Shown: positions 63,860-64,000 of the stretch, in pieces
How the letters are laid out: each line of letters begins with the position of its first letter
Position numbering within the stretch: the stretch's first letter is position 1
Assembly (NCBI RefSeq): GCF_009914755.1
Contig: NC_060931.1
DNA length: 64,000 nt
Source of the DNA: the human T2T-CHM13v2.0 reference genome, Homo sapiens
Reading direction: 5' to 3' (one strand)
Translations under genes and position numbers: made by a program
Notes under the pieces: generated by a model
The model's input: the letters and a program-made list of their open reading frames with translations, nothing else
Told to the model about the DNA's origin: nothing
The model's database searches: none

Positions 63860-64000
63860 GTATCATGCATTCAAAAGTGTATCCTCCTCAATGAAAAATC
63901 TATTACAATAGTGAGGATTATTTTCGTTAAACTTATTATTAACAATTAGTCATTATAGTCTCCCTCAACTAGCAGATTCAGGGTTCGTTTCGCTAATATT

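Overview
Human genomic DNA: the neuropeptide Y (NPY) locus (7p15 from established knowledge). Human origin is supported by the 97-aa prepro-NPY sequence and an AluYb8 insertion. The complete four-exon NPY gene lies on the + strand at about 56184-63872: non-coding exon 1, then CDS join(57235..57422,61492..61572,63677..63701), with a CpG-island/TATA promoter. I found no other protein-coding gene. The upstream 55 kb is mostly transposon debris: Alus of several ages, old L1M/L2/MIR, MER20/MER5/MER58/Tigger2a DNA transposons and MaLR LTRs. It also holds a full-length decayed L1PA (minus strand), a nested L1>ERV-env>LTR structure and a U13 snoRNA retrocopy. Nearly all ORFs in the supplied track are repeat-derived or chance. 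I do not see evidence for a wholly new biological system. The best leads are regulatory hypotheses. NPY exon 2 begins exactly at the ATG, so any upstream exon can produce full-length NPY, and two retroelement promoters (an L1 antisense promoter and a THE1D LTR) point at it from 4-5.5 kb upstream. Repeat subfamily names and SNP identities were recognised from memory, not by search, and boundaries of old repeats are approximate.
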